Below are positions 9,332 through 20,707 of a DNA stretch of 64,000 nt, piece by piece. The notes beneath the pieces are model-generated. The model made no database searches. It was not told the origin of the DNA and saw only the letters and a program-made list of their open reading frames with translations. Each line of letters opens with the position of its first letter. Positions within the stretch are counted from its first letter, which is position 1. The position numbers and the translations under genes are program-made. This DNA comes from a bacterium (GTDB taxonomy: Bacteria > Sysuimicrobiota > Sysuimicrobiia > Sysuimicrobiales > Kaftiobacteriaceae). The DNA lies in NCBI GenBank assembly GCA_044868695.1, contig JBIOWP010000084.1, positions 11,659 through 75,658 on the forward strand, in the 5' to 3' direction.

Positions 9332-10270
9332 TCAATCCTTCGGCGCGGCCGGGGTCATGTGGGAGACCGCCGCGGCCACGGCGGCGGCCAGCGCGGCGTT
9401 GGCGCGCAAAAGGGACAGGTTGGCGCGCAGCGAGCGGCCTCCAGTCCTCTCTACCAGCACGGCAAGCAGGTAGGGCGTGAGGTCGCCGCCCCGCACACCG
9501 GCGGCCCGCGCCTGCTCCGCGGCGTCGCGGACGGCGTGGTCCACTTCCTCCGCAGACAGTGCCTCAGAGACGGGAATGGGGTTGGCGATCACCACGCCCG
9601 TCCGCTGGCCAAGAGCGCGTTTTGCGGCGAGGATCGCGGCAGCCTCGTGCGTCGAGGTGATCTGTCGCGGCGCCGGGAACCCGCTGTCCTGCACGTAGAA
9701 GTTCGGAAAGCGGTCTGATCTGTACGCGACCACGGTGACCCCGGCGCTGTCCAGGTATTCGAGCGTTTTCCCGATATCGCAGACGGCCTTGGCGCCGGCG
9801 CAGACGACGGCGACCGGATGCTCGGCCAGCGCCTGCAGGTCTGCGGAGACATCCCAACTCTGCTCCGCGCCGAGGTGGACTCCGCCGATGCCCCCGGTGG
9901 CCACGACGCCGATGCCGACAAGATCCGCCACCGCGACCGTCGCGGAGACCGTCGTCCCGCCGGACGCCGCGGCTGCGGCGGCGACCGGCAGGTCACGGGA
10001 GGCCACCTTCATCGCAGCCGCGGAGATCAACCCGTTAAGTTCGTCCTGCGTGACTCCGACCCGGATCCGTCCGGCGAGGACGGCCACGATCGCTGGCACC
10101 GCGTCGGCCGCGCGGACGATCTCCTCAAGTTCTCCCGCCATCTGCAGGCCGATGGGATGGGGCAGCCCGTGAGAGACGACCGCCGACTCCAGGGCGACGA
10201 CGGGCCGGCGGCGCGCGAGCGCAGCCGCCACGTCCTCGCGGACGTCAATGAGGGGCGGCAATCTGCGCAT
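9332..10270 (-). CDS. psuG: pseudouridine-5'-phosphate glycosidase
   Basis: Indigoidine-synthase-A-like fold with PVVALESAVVSHGLPHP. Start is probably the internal Met of the 317-aa track ORF. Confidence 0.85.
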   Translation of the reverse strand: MRRLPPLIDVREDVAAALARRRPVVALESAVVSHGLPHPIGLQMAGELEEIVRAADAVPAIVAVLAGRIRVGVTQDELNGLISAAAMKVASRDLPVAAAAAASGGTTVSATVAVADLVGIGVVATGGIGGVHLGAEQSWDVSADLQALAEHPVAVVCAGAKAVCDIGKTLEYLDSAGVTVVAYRSDRFPNFYVQDSGFPAPRQITSTHEAAAILAAKRALGQRTGVVIANPIPVSEALSAEEVDHAVRDAAEQARAAGVRGGDLTPYLLAVLVERTGGRSLRANLSLLRANAALAAAVAAAVSHMTPAAPKD

Positions 10271-11195
10271 GCGCGTACAGGACACCGGGTGTGAGGTCCG
10301 GATGCACGCTGCCTTCGACCGTTGCCGTCAGGGCACCGGCGGCGCGCGCGAGGTGCGCCGCGATGCGATCGTCGAGTCCCGCCAGCAAACCGTAGACGGT
10401 CGCCGCCGCGACGGCATCCCCCGCCCCCGACGGGTCGACCACGGCGACGGGGAGGGCGGGGAGCGGGATGACCTCGCGGCCTCCCCACACCAACCCCTGG
10501 TCCCCCATCGTGACGACGACCGTCGCGTCGGGGAAGCCTCGGATCCTACCGACCGCCTGCACGGCGTCCGCGACCGCGTTGACGGGGGTTGCGGTTAAGG
10601 CAGCGGCCTCCCCGGCGTTCAGCACGACCAGCGAAGCCGCGTGGAGGTGCGCGGCGACCCGCGGCGCTTTCGCCACAGATACCGGCAGCAGACACAACCG
10701 CCGGCCGGCGGCGACACGAACGACGGCGTCGATCGTCCCCGGTGCGAGGTTGGCGTCGACCACAACATAGTCGGCGGCCCGGATGGCATCCGCGTGCGCG
10801 GTGAGGTGGTCAGGCGTGAGCGATTCCGCAGCGGTCATTTCCGAGACCGCCATGGTCGTGGAGGTTGGAGATGCGATGGCCACGTAGGCATTTCGCATCC
10901 CCGCGAGCCGGATCGCGCCGGACACGCGCACGCCAGCATCCTTCGTCCGAGTGAGCACGACTTCGGAGAGCGGATCATCGCCGACGGCGCAGATCAGCTC
11001 CGTGCGGATGCTCAGGCGGGCCAGGTTCTCCGCAACGTTGCGCCCGGCGCCCCCGGCACCGACGCGGATACGGCCCGGAGTGCTAACCTGGGGCCGGAGG
11101 GTCGGCGCGGTCGCGATGATGTCCACGTTGACCCCGCCGATGACGACGGCCGAAAACACGGGATCCCGGATCCCGGACCTTCGATCCTGGATCAT
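10245..11195 (-). CDS. psuK: PfkB-family carbohydrate kinase, probable pseudouridine kinase
   Basis: 316 aa. PfkB motifs (GGVNVD, GAGD). Adjacent to and overlapping psuG. Confidence 0.75.
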   Translation of the reverse strand: MIQDRRSGIRDPVFSAVVIGGVNVDIIATAPTLRPQVSTPGRIRVGAGGAGRNVAENLARLSIRTELICAVGDDPLSEVVLTRTKDAGVRVSGAIRLAGMRNAYVAIASPTSTTMAVSEMTAAESLTPDHLTAHADAIRAADYVVVDANLAPGTIDAVVRVAAGRRLCLLPVSVAKAPRVAAHLHAASLVVLNAGEAAALTATPVNAVADAVQAVGRIRGFPDATVVVTMGDQGLVWGGREVIPLPALPVAVVDPSGAGDAVAAATVYGLLAGLDDRIAAHLARAAGALTATVEGSVHPDLTPGVLYAHAQIAAPH

Positions 11196-11208
11196 CAGTC
11201 GCCCACGG

Positions 11209-12180
11209 TTATTCTTCCTCTTTCGTGTATGCCACGCCGTCGGCGGCCGGCATCTGGGCGCGGCGGACGAACCCGGCCAGAACGAAGATGGTCACAATCT
11301 GTGGGAGCACGCTGATGAATTGATATGGGACGGGCAGCCGCACCACGCGCAGACTCAGGGCGTCAAAGTAGCCAAACAGCGCCGACGCGCCGAGCGCGCC
11401 CACGGGCCACCAGTTCCCGAAGATCATCGCCGCTAGGGCGATAAATCCCCTGCCCTGCGTCATCCCCTCGAAGTACAGGTGGGCCTGTTCGATCGCCAGG
11501 TATGCGCCCGCCATGCCCGCCAGCGCACCGCTCGCCAGCACCCCGATGTACCGCAGCCGATAGACGCTGACGCCGAGCGTGTCGGCAGCCAGCGGGTACT
11601 CGCCGACCGCCCGCAGCCGCAGGCCGAATCGCGTCCGGAGCAGCACCCATTGGCTGAGGAGAACGAGGAGGAGTCCCACTACGATCATCGGCGAGATGCC
11701 GGTCACCAGGGGCCGCAGCAGCGGCACGTCCTTGAGCAGCGGGAGGTCGATCGGCGTGAAGCCCCGCACGCCGGGTGACTGGGTGGCCCGTTCGAACAGG
11801 AGGATGTTCAGGAAACGCGCCAGTCCGCCCGCGAGGAGGTTCAGGGCGACGCCGCTGATGATCTGATCGACCCGGAACGTGATGGTGACGAGGGCGTGGA
11901 TCAGTCCAAAGGCCATCCCCGCGGCTACGGCGGCGAGCACGCCCACCAGCGGCGCGAGGTCCGGCCGGGCCTGCGCCAGATCGGGAAAGCGTTCGGCAAA
12001 CGCGTAGGCGCCGACCGCGCCGAAGAACGTGCCCATGATCATGATGCCTTCCAGAGCAATGTTCACGACGCCGCCGCGTTCCGAGTACACGGCTCCGAGG
12101 GAGGCGAGCAGGATCGGCATCGTGACACGGATCGCCGACGCGACGAGAGCCAGGCTAAACAGGGAGGCCAGCGTGTCCAC
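11209..12180 (-). CDS. ABC transporter permease (BMP/nucleoside system)
   Basis: 323 aa polytopic membrane protein, RbsC/NupQ-like. Confidence 0.8.
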   Translation of the reverse strand: MDTLASLFSLALVASAIRVTMPILLASLGAVYSERGGVVNIALEGIMIMGTFFGAVGAYAFAERFPDLAQARPDLAPLVGVLAAVAAGMAFGLIHALVTITFRVDQIISGVALNLLAGGLARFLNILLFERATQSPGVRGFTPIDLPLLKDVPLLRPLVTGISPMIVVGLLLVLLSQWVLLRTRFGLRLRAVGEYPLAADTLGVSVYRLRYIGVLASGALAGMAGAYLAIEQAHLYFEGMTQGRGFIALAAMIFGNWWPVGALGASALFGYFDALSLRVVRLPVPYQFISVLPQIVTIFVLAGFVRRAQMPAADGVAYTKEEE

Positions 12181-12183
12181 GGG

Positions 12184-13313
12184 CTAGCCTCCGGCCGGGC
12201 TGCCGGCGGCCGCCACGGGTCCGGCCGCCTCGGCCTCACGCTTGCGCTGTGTCCGCACGTACCGCGTCAGCAGTTCGTACGCGACGACGATGGCGAGGAT
12301 GATGATCGCCTGCAGGATCACGATGATCTCCTTGGGCACGCGGGCGAAGAACTGCACCCCCGCCGCCCCGCGGTCCAGGAAGCCGAACAGCAGCGCGGCG
12401 GGGATGACTCCCAGGGGATTATTCTTAGCCAGCAGCGCGACGGAAATCCCCAGGAACCCCAGCCCCTTGGGAAAGTCGATGTCGAGGTAGCCGAAGAACC
12501 CCAGGATGTCGTTCAGCCCTACCAGGCCGGCGACGCCGGCGCTGAGCATGAACATCCAGAATCGCACGCGGGCGTTGGGGATCCCGGCGGCTTCCGCCGC
12601 CAGCGGGTTGAACGCGACGGCCCGCACTTCATACCCGAATCTGGTCCGCCCGATGAAGTAGGCCAGCACGCACGCCAGCGCGATGCCGAGCAGCAGCAAC
12701 AGGTTGAGTTTCTCCACGTCCGATCCGTGCAGCCCCAGGGGAGCCAGGAGAGGACCCATCGACGGGATCCGCGCCGCGGCGGCGACCTCGGGCGTGCGCA
12801 CACGCGGCGTCCCTACCTGCGCGGGGTCGCGAAAGACGTCGTTGATCAGGTAGAGCAGCAGCGCGGAGGCGATGTAGTTCATCATGATCGTGGTGATGAC
12901 TTCGTGCGCTCCGCGCCGCAGCTTCAAGGCGATGGGCACCAGCGCCCAGAGCATGCCTCCGGCCGCCGCCGCGGCTAGGGCCAGCGGCAGGTGGATGGCG
13001 GCCGGCAGGCCGCGGAGGCTGAACCCGACGAACGCGGCGCAGAACGCCCCGACGTAGTACTGTCCTTCCACCCCGATGTTGAACAGGTTGACACGGAACG
13101 ACGCAGCCACCGCGAGGCCCGCGAAGATGAGCGGGGTCGTCTTGAACAGGATCGAGAACAGGCTGTCGGTGCGGGTGAGGTTGAACCGGATCATCACCCC
13201 GTAAACCTCCAGCGGGTTGCGGCCAATGGCCAGGATGATGATCGAGGCGATCAGCATGCCGAACAGGATGGCCACCAGCGGCGCGGCGACCTGCACGAAC
13301 AGCAGACGATGTT

Positions 13314-13317
<4 letters not shown>
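12184..13317 (-). CDS. ABC transporter permease (BMP/nucleoside system)
   Basis: Polytopic membrane protein. GTG at 13317 overlaps the ATPase stop as GTGA. The longer track ORF (to 13356) is probably an over-extension. Confidence 0.75.
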
Positions 13318-14884
<1,567 letters not shown>

Positions 14885-14888
<4 letters not shown>

Positions 14889-15955
14889 TTCTTCAGCGTC
14901 TTCAGGAACTCCTCAAGCTGCTTCTTGTCCTCTGGGACCTTGATCTTCCCGGCGATGATGTCCTTCCGCAGCGCCTCGAGCCGGGCGGCGATGTCCTGCA
15001 CCATCGCCTTGTTGTAGTTGTTGACCGCATAGCCGACCCCGTTCTCCTTCAAGCCGAATGTGCGGACCCCGGCCTTGTACTGGCCGGCGACGGTGGCCTT
15101 GATCGTCTCGTGCACCGCCACGTCGACCCGCTTCAGCATGCTGGTGAGAATCTGCGCCCGCTGGTCCGGCTTGACCGTCAGGGACTGGTCCGCGTCTACG
15201 CCGATGGCCAGCCGCTTCTTCACGACGGCCGCTTCGAACACGCCGATGCCGGTACCGCCGGACGCGTGGTAGATGATGTCGGCGCCCCGGTCGTACTCGG
15301 CCAGCGCGAGCTCCTTGCCTTTGACAGGGTCGCGGAACGCCTCCCCGGTGGTGCCGGCGTATTCGCTGAACACCTCGATGGACGGCTTCACGTACTTGGC
15401 GCCGGCGATGAAGCCGGCCTCAAACTTCTCGATCAGCGGGATCTTCATGCCGCCCACGAATCCGATCTTGTTCGCCCTTGACTTCAGCGCGGCCGCGGCG
15501 CCCACGAGGAACGATCCCTCGTGCTCCTTGAATAGGAGGCTGACCACGTTGGGCTGGTCTCCGATGAACCCGTCTACGATGGCGAACTTGACGCCCGGGA
15601 AATCCTTGGCCACCCGAGTGATGCTGTCCGTGAACAGGAAGCCGATGCCGAAGATGAGGTCAAATTTCTCACCGGCGAGGAGGCGCAGCAGCTCCTCCCG
15701 GTTCTCGCCCCCGGCCGTGGGCTCGAGGTCGCGGGTCTCGATCCGGCTGCCGAATTCCTTCTGGGCGTTCGACAGGCCGGCATACGCCATGTCGTTGAAC
15801 GACAGGTCGCCGCGTCCGCCGACGTCGTACACGATCCCGACCCGCCACTTCTTGGCCTGGGCGACCGCCGGGGTCCCGGGCAGCGCCCATAGAGTGACCG
15901 CGACCACGACCAGCGCCGCAGCCCCGATGCGCATGCCGATTCTCATCCTCAACAC
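14885..15955 (-). CDS. BMP-family (PnrA/Med-like) ABC substrate-binding protein, nucleoside-binding
   Basis: 356 aa. Signal peptide, then the basic-membrane-protein family fold. First gene of the SBP-ATPase-permease-permease-psuK-psuG operon. The true start is probably an ATG a few codons in (AGGTG RBS). Confidence 0.8.
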
Positions 15956-16034
15956 ACCTCCCGTGGGATCACCACTATGTGGATAGAATGGGATTGGTGT
16001 GGGTATCTTCGAGTCGGCGCGGAGGAACTCCTGG

Positions 16035-18305
16035 CTAGGACCGGACGGCGCCGGACTTGATGAGCCGGTCGAGATCTTCCAGCCCGACCAGAATCTCGCG
16101 GGGGTTGCTGCCCTGGGCCGGGCCGACGATGCCCCGCTCCTCGAGCTGGTCTACGATGCGGGCGGCGCGGACGTATCCGATCTTCATCTTCCGCTGCAGC
16201 AGCGACACGGATCCGTAGCCGGCCCGCACCACGAGCCGCGCGGCATCGGCCAGCAGTTCGTCTTCGTCGCTCCCCGCTTCCGGGTTCCCCTGCTCGGACC
16301 GCAGCAGGTCCTGGTCGTACACCGGCTTCCCCTGCGCCTTCCACCAGGCGACCAGGGCCTGGATCTCGCTGTCGGCGATGAAGGCGCCCTGCGCGCGGAC
16401 CGGCCGGGCCGCGCCCATCGGCAGGTACAGCATGTCGCCCTTGCCCAGCAGTTTCTCCGCCCCCGGCATGTCGAGAATGGTCCGGCTGTCCACCTGGCTG
16501 CTCACCGCGAACGCCACCCGCGAGGGAATGTTGGCTTTGATCAGGCCCGTGATCACGTCCACGGACGGCCGCTGGGTCGCCACCACCATGTGGATGCCGG
16601 TGGCCCGGGTCATCTGCGCCAGACGGCAGATGACATCTTCGAAGTCGGCCGGGGCCACCATCATCAGATCCGCCAGCTCGTCGATGATGATGACCACATA
16701 CGGCAGGCGTTCGACGTCGGCCAGCTGGTTGTAGGCCGCGATGTTGCGGGTGCCGGTCGAGGCGAAGCGCTCGAAACGCTCCTCCATTTCCCGCAGCATC
16801 TCCTTCAACGCGCCGGCCGCCGCGCGCGGATTGGTGACCACGGGCGCCAGCAGGTGCGGGATGTTGTTGTAGTTGGCAAACTCCACGCGCTTGGGGTCAA
16901 TCATCAGCAGCCGGACGTGCAGGGGCGTGCAACGGAACAGCAGCCCGGCAATAATCGCATTCAACATCACCGACTTGCCCGACCCGGTGGCGCCCGCGAT
17001 CAGCAGGTGCGGCATCTCGGCCAGGTCGCCCAGGATGGGGTGACCCGCGATGTCTTTGCCCAGCGCGACCACGAGGGGTCCGGCCGTCCGCTGGTAGTCC
17101 TCAGACGACAGGATGTCCTTGATATGGACCAGCGCCGTCTTTTGATTGGGGACCTCGATCCCGACGGCGGACTTGCCGGGGATGGGCGCCTCGATCCGGA
17201 CACTGGGGGCGGCGAGCGCCAGGGCGATGTCGTTGGTGAGGCTGCTGATCTTCTGCACCCGGACGCCGGAGGCGGGCTGCACTTCGAACCGCGTGACGAC
17301 CGGCCCCTGCTCCCACCGGGTGACCTTCGCTTCCACGCCGAAGCTCAAGAGCGTCTGCTCCAGTTGTCTGGCGAGATCGGCGGGATCGGTCTTGGCCTTT
17401 CCCCGTGGCGACGGGAGATCCGCGAGCAGCGTCAGCGGCGGCAGCTGGTATCCGCCTGACGGCACCTCAAGGGCCAGCGTTTCCTGCTTGAACGCCTCGC
17501 TGCGGCGGGCCTCCGCGCATTCCCCGCGATCCTCGTGCGGCGGCGGCGCGGGACTCCGCGCCGGGCGGAGTTCGCCGTTGCGGGGCGCGCCATGCAGTGC
17601 CGGCGGCTCCGCAGTGAGGGGGGCAGGAAGCGAACCGGGCGGTGACACCTCCGGCACCGCCTCCTGGGGATGGCGGAACGCCGACGCGACGGTTCGCGCC
17701 AGCTGCCCCGCGGCGTTCATGGCTTTGAGAATGCTGCCGGCGGCCGCCGCAACGACACCGGCCGCCAGCTGCCACACGGTCGAGACGATACCGGCCAGCG
17801 CCTGCGCCGTCCGGCTGCCGGCCGACACAACGGTCGCCAGCACCGCGGCAAGCGAGGTCCCCGACCACAGCAGCACACCGCCGACGGCGGTAACAGCCAG
17901 GACCAGCCAGGCGCCGGCATCGCCCGACGCGCGGCGCAGCGCCCAGAGCACGACGCCGCCGACCACCCCGCCCGCGCGTCCCGCCGCGCCCGCCGCGAGT
18001 TCCTGGCCGTGCGGGACTTTCATATGGTAGGCGGCGACGGCAGCCAGGGCGACCAGCGCCGCGCCGGCGGCCCGGCGGCCCGGGCGCGAGCGTTCGCCTG
18101 CCAGCAGCAGGGTCACCCCCGCGACCACTGCGGACAGCGGGATCAACCATGCCGCGTCGCCCAGCGCGGTCCGCTGCGCGCGGCCGAGCACGAGCGGGAC
18201 GCCGGTCGCCTCGGGCAAGAACGACAGCGCCAGCATGAGGCCGGCGACCAGGATGAGGGCTCCGGCGGCATGATTCCGGTTGGCGGTTCGTTTCCGGCGC
18301 GGCAC
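16035..18305 (-). CDS. ftsK: DNA translocase FtsK/SpoIIIE
   Basis: 756 aa. N-terminal TM helices, motor domain with AGATGSGKSV, C-terminal gamma winged helix. Confidence 0.9.
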   Translation of the reverse strand: MPRRKRTANRNHAAGALILVAGLMLALSFLPEATGVPLVLGRAQRTALGDAAWLIPLSAVVAGVTLLLAGERSRPGRRAAGAALVALAAVAAYHMKVPHGQELAAGAAGRAGGVVGGVVLWALRRASGDAGAWLVLAVTAVGGVLLWSGTSLAAVLATVVSAGSRTAQALAGIVSTVWQLAAGVVAAAAGSILKAMNAAGQLARTVASAFRHPQEAVPEVSPPGSLPAPLTAEPPALHGAPRNGELRPARSPAPPPHEDRGECAEARRSEAFKQETLALEVPSGGYQLPPLTLLADLPSPRGKAKTDPADLARQLEQTLLSFGVEAKVTRWEQGPVVTRFEVQPASGVRVQKISSLTNDIALALAAPSVRIEAPIPGKSAVGIEVPNQKTALVHIKDILSSEDYQRTAGPLVVALGKDIAGHPILGDLAEMPHLLIAGATGSGKSVMLNAIIAGLLFRCTPLHVRLLMIDPKRVEFANYNNIPHLLAPVVTNPRAAAGALKEMLREMEERFERFASTGTRNIAAYNQLADVERLPYVVIIIDELADLMMVAPADFEDVICRLAQMTRATGIHMVVATQRPSVDVITGLIKANIPSRVAFAVSSQVDSRTILDMPGAEKLLGKGDMLYLPMGAARPVRAQGAFIADSEIQALVAWWKAQGKPVYDQDLLRSEQGNPEAGSDEDELLADAARLVVRAGYGSVSLLQRKMKIGYVRAARIVDQLEERGIVGPAQGSNPREILVGLEDLDRLIKSGAVRS

Positions 18306-18311
18306 GATAAT

Positions 18312-19112
18312 CTACCTCGTCACCAGAAGGACGGCTGCGCCGGTCACCAGGCAGTAGACGGCGAACATGACCAGCCGTCCCCGGCGCAGCAGCGCGAGCA
18401 GCCAGCGAATCGCCGCGGCGCCGGACACCAGCGCCACCGCGCACCCGGCGACCAGCTGCGCTGCAGTATACCCCATCGCCGCGCCCAGCTGAAGATCCTT
18501 GAGCCCGAACACACCTGCACCAGCGACTGCGGGGATTGCGGCGAGAAACGAGAGGCGCGCGGCCTCGTCCTGCCGCAGGCCCATCCACATCCCGGCCGCG
18601 ATCGTCGTTGCCGATCGCGAGATCCCCGGAACAATGGCCACAGCCTGCGCCACGCCGATCGCCGCGGCGTCACGTGCGGTCGCCTCCGTGACGGCGCGGA
18701 CTCCCCGCGCCCGGGCGAATAGCAGCAGCGCTCCCGTCAGCATCAACTGCACCGCCGTTCCACGCACCGAGCCAAACATCCGCTCCAACGGGCCTTCCAG
18801 TGCCAGCCCGGCCGCCGCGGTGATGGCGGTGATGAGGATGATCAACCAGGCCAGGCGTCCGTAGGCGCGCGCGGCGGGATCGGCGGTCCGGCCGGACAGC
18901 GTTGCGATCCACCCGCCGGTCAGGCGCCGGACGTCATCCCAGAACACGATGAGGGCGGCTGCTGCGGTACCGAGATGCAGCACCGCTTCCAGCAGGAGAC
19001 CTGGGCGGGGAATTCCCAGAAAGGCCTCAGCAAAGATGAGGTGGGCGGTACTGCTGACCGGCAGGAACTCAGTCAGCCCCTGGATGAGGCCGAGGATGAT
19101 CATGTTGAGCAC
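18312..19112 (-). CDS. uppP: undecaprenyl-diphosphate phosphatase
   Basis: 266 aa. BacA/UppP family (LPVSSTAHL). Confidence 0.9.
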   Translation of the reverse strand: MLNMIILGLIQGLTEFLPVSSTAHLIFAEAFLGIPRPGLLLEAVLHLGTAAAALIVFWDDVRRLTGGWIATLSGRTADPAARAYGRLAWLIILITAITAAAGLALEGPLERMFGSVRGTAVQLMLTGALLLFARARGVRAVTEATARDAAAIGVAQAVAIVPGISRSATTIAAGMWMGLRQDEAARLSFLAAIPAVAGAGVFGLKDLQLGAAMGYTAAQLVAGCAVALVSGAAAIRWLLALLRRGRLVMFAVYCLVTGAAVLLVTR

Positions 19113-19217
19113 GTACGCGCTCCCGCGAAAGGTGCGTTGTCAGGTGCGTCTGCATGTTCGACCCTAGACGTTCTATGCCCGAAAGAGGCTCTCCTTCACC
19201 GTCCCATGACGCCCGAT

Positions 19218-19805
19218 TCAGCGGCGCGTCTGAAGGAGCATCCGCAGCGCGCGGATATCCCGCCGGAGCATCCGCATCCAGTCCCGCCGGTAGAGGGCCG
19301 CCGCGGGATGGTACAGAGGGAGAATCGTCAAGCGTCCGCTCGCCACCAGGCGGCCGTGCACGTCCGCGATCTTGCGGCCGGGCAGAAAGTACTGGAGCGC
19401 GAACCGGCCGAGGGTGACGACGACCCGCGGGCGGATGATCTCAAGCTGTTCCATCAGCCACGGCGCGCACGCGCCGATCTCGCCGGGCGCCGGCGCGCGG
19501 TTCCGGCCCGGCGGCGGGCCGGCCACCGGCCGCGACTTCACGAGGTTGGTAATGTAGACATCCGACCGGGAGAGTCCTGAGGAAGCCAGCAGGCCGTCCA
19601 AAAGCTTTCCGGCCGCGCCGACGAATGGTTCACCGCGGAGGTCCTCCTGCTTTCCCGGCGCTTCGCCGACGAGCATGATGCGCGCGCTAGCGGGACCGGT
19701 GCCGGGGACGGCCTGCGTGCGGGTTCGCCACAACGGACAGCGCGTGCACGTCCGGATGCGTGCGTGCAGACGCGCCAGCGCGCGGGCCTTCGATGCACCC
19801 TTCAG
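19218..19805 (-). CDS. uracil-DNA glycosylase, family 4 (Fe-S UDG); 5' end uncertain
   Basis: The track ORF starts at a TTG (19733), but the in-frame upstream region encodes LARLHARIRTCTRCPLWRTRTQAVPGTG, the conserved family-4 CxxC Fe-S N-terminus. GEAPG, PFVG, HPAA motifs follow. No ATG/GTG/TTG lies between the in-frame TAG (about 19827) and the CxxC. The only candidate start is a CTG at about 19803-19805, overlapping the dapA stop. Confidence 0.65.
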   Translation of the reverse strand: MKGASKARALARLHARIRTCTRCPLWRTRTQAVPGTGPASARIMLVGEAPGKQEDLRGEPFVGAAGKLLDGLLASSGLSRSDVYITNLVKSRPVAGPPPGRNRAPAPGEIGACAPWLMEQLEIIRPRVVVTLGRFALQYFLPGRKIADVHGRLVASGRLTILPLYHPAAALYRRDWMRMLRRDIRALRMLLQTRR

Positions 19806-20689
19806 ACAGCCACCAGGGCGAGGTCTCTAAGCACCGTCTGAATCTGTTCTCTCTCTTTTGCGGTGGCGTCCACGAGCGGCAGCCGGGGGCGTCCGACCTC
19901 GAACCCGCTGAGATTAAGCGCGGCCTTGACCGGCACCGGGTTCGTCGTGATAAATAGTACTTTGAACAGCGGAAAGAGGCGCAGGTGAATCTGCAGCGCC
20001 TTGCGGCTCTCCCCGCGCTCGTAAGCGCGTACCATCTCCTGGATGTCCGGTCCGACCAGGTGCGATGCGACGCTCACGATTCCCCGGCCGCCGACGGCCA
20101 GGATGGGGAGCGTGAGACTGTCGTCGCCACTGTAGATGTCGAACGCGGCCGGCGTCTTGCGGCGGATCTCCGACGCCTGGTCGAGGCTGCCGCTGGCTTC
20201 CTTCACCGCGACGATGTTGGGAATCTCGGCCAGCGCGGCGATCGTGTCGGGCGCGCAATTGACGCCGGTCCGGCCCGGGATGTTGTACAGCATGCAGGGT
20301 TTTTCGGTGGATTCGGCGATCGCCTTGAAGTGCGCGTGCAGCCCGTCCTGCGACGGTCTGTTGTAATACGGATTCACCAGCAGAAACCCGTCGGCGCCGG
20401 CACGACCCGCCTCTGTGGTCAGATGGATGGAGTGACGCGTGTCATTGGTCCCGGTGCCGGCCACCACGACCGCCCGTACGCCCACCGCCTCCTTGACCGT
20501 GCGGACCAGGCGGATCTTCTCTTCATCGGTGAGAGTGGGAGACTCTCCGGTTGTCCCCGCGACCACCAGCCCATCTGATCCCGCGTCGGCGAGCCGCTTT
20601 GCCAGCGCCGCGGCCTGTCCGTAATCGACGGCTCCCGCGCCGTCGAACGGCGTCACCATGGCGGTCAGGACCCGACCGAAGCCCGACAT
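19802..20689 (-). CDS. dapA: 4-hydroxy-tetrahydrodipicolinate synthase
   Basis: 295 aa. Canonical DapA/TIM barrel (GTTGES). Confidence 0.9.
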   Translation of the reverse strand: MSGFGRVLTAMVTPFDGAGAVDYGQAAALAKRLADAGSDGLVVAGTTGESPTLTDEEKIRLVRTVKEAVGVRAVVVAGTGTNDTRHSIHLTTEAGRAGADGFLLVNPYYNRPSQDGLHAHFKAIAESTEKPCMLYNIPGRTGVNCAPDTIAALAEIPNIVAVKEASGSLDQASEIRRKTPAAFDIYSGDDSLTLPILAVGGRGIVSVASHLVGPDIQEMVRAYERGESRKALQIHLRLFPLFKVLFITTNPVPVKAALNLSGFEVGRPRLPLVDATAKEREQIQTVLRDLALVAV

Positions 20690-20707
20690 CTCTCTTCCCC
20701 CCTCGCC

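Noticed and set aside
19538-19798. ORF 19538..19798 (86 aa) starting with GTG right after the dapA stop
   Set aside because: It is in a different frame from the UDG domain and has an Arg-rich, non-family-like translation. It probably reflects only the open GC-rich frame. It was considered as a possible sign of a frameshift in udg, but there is no direct support.
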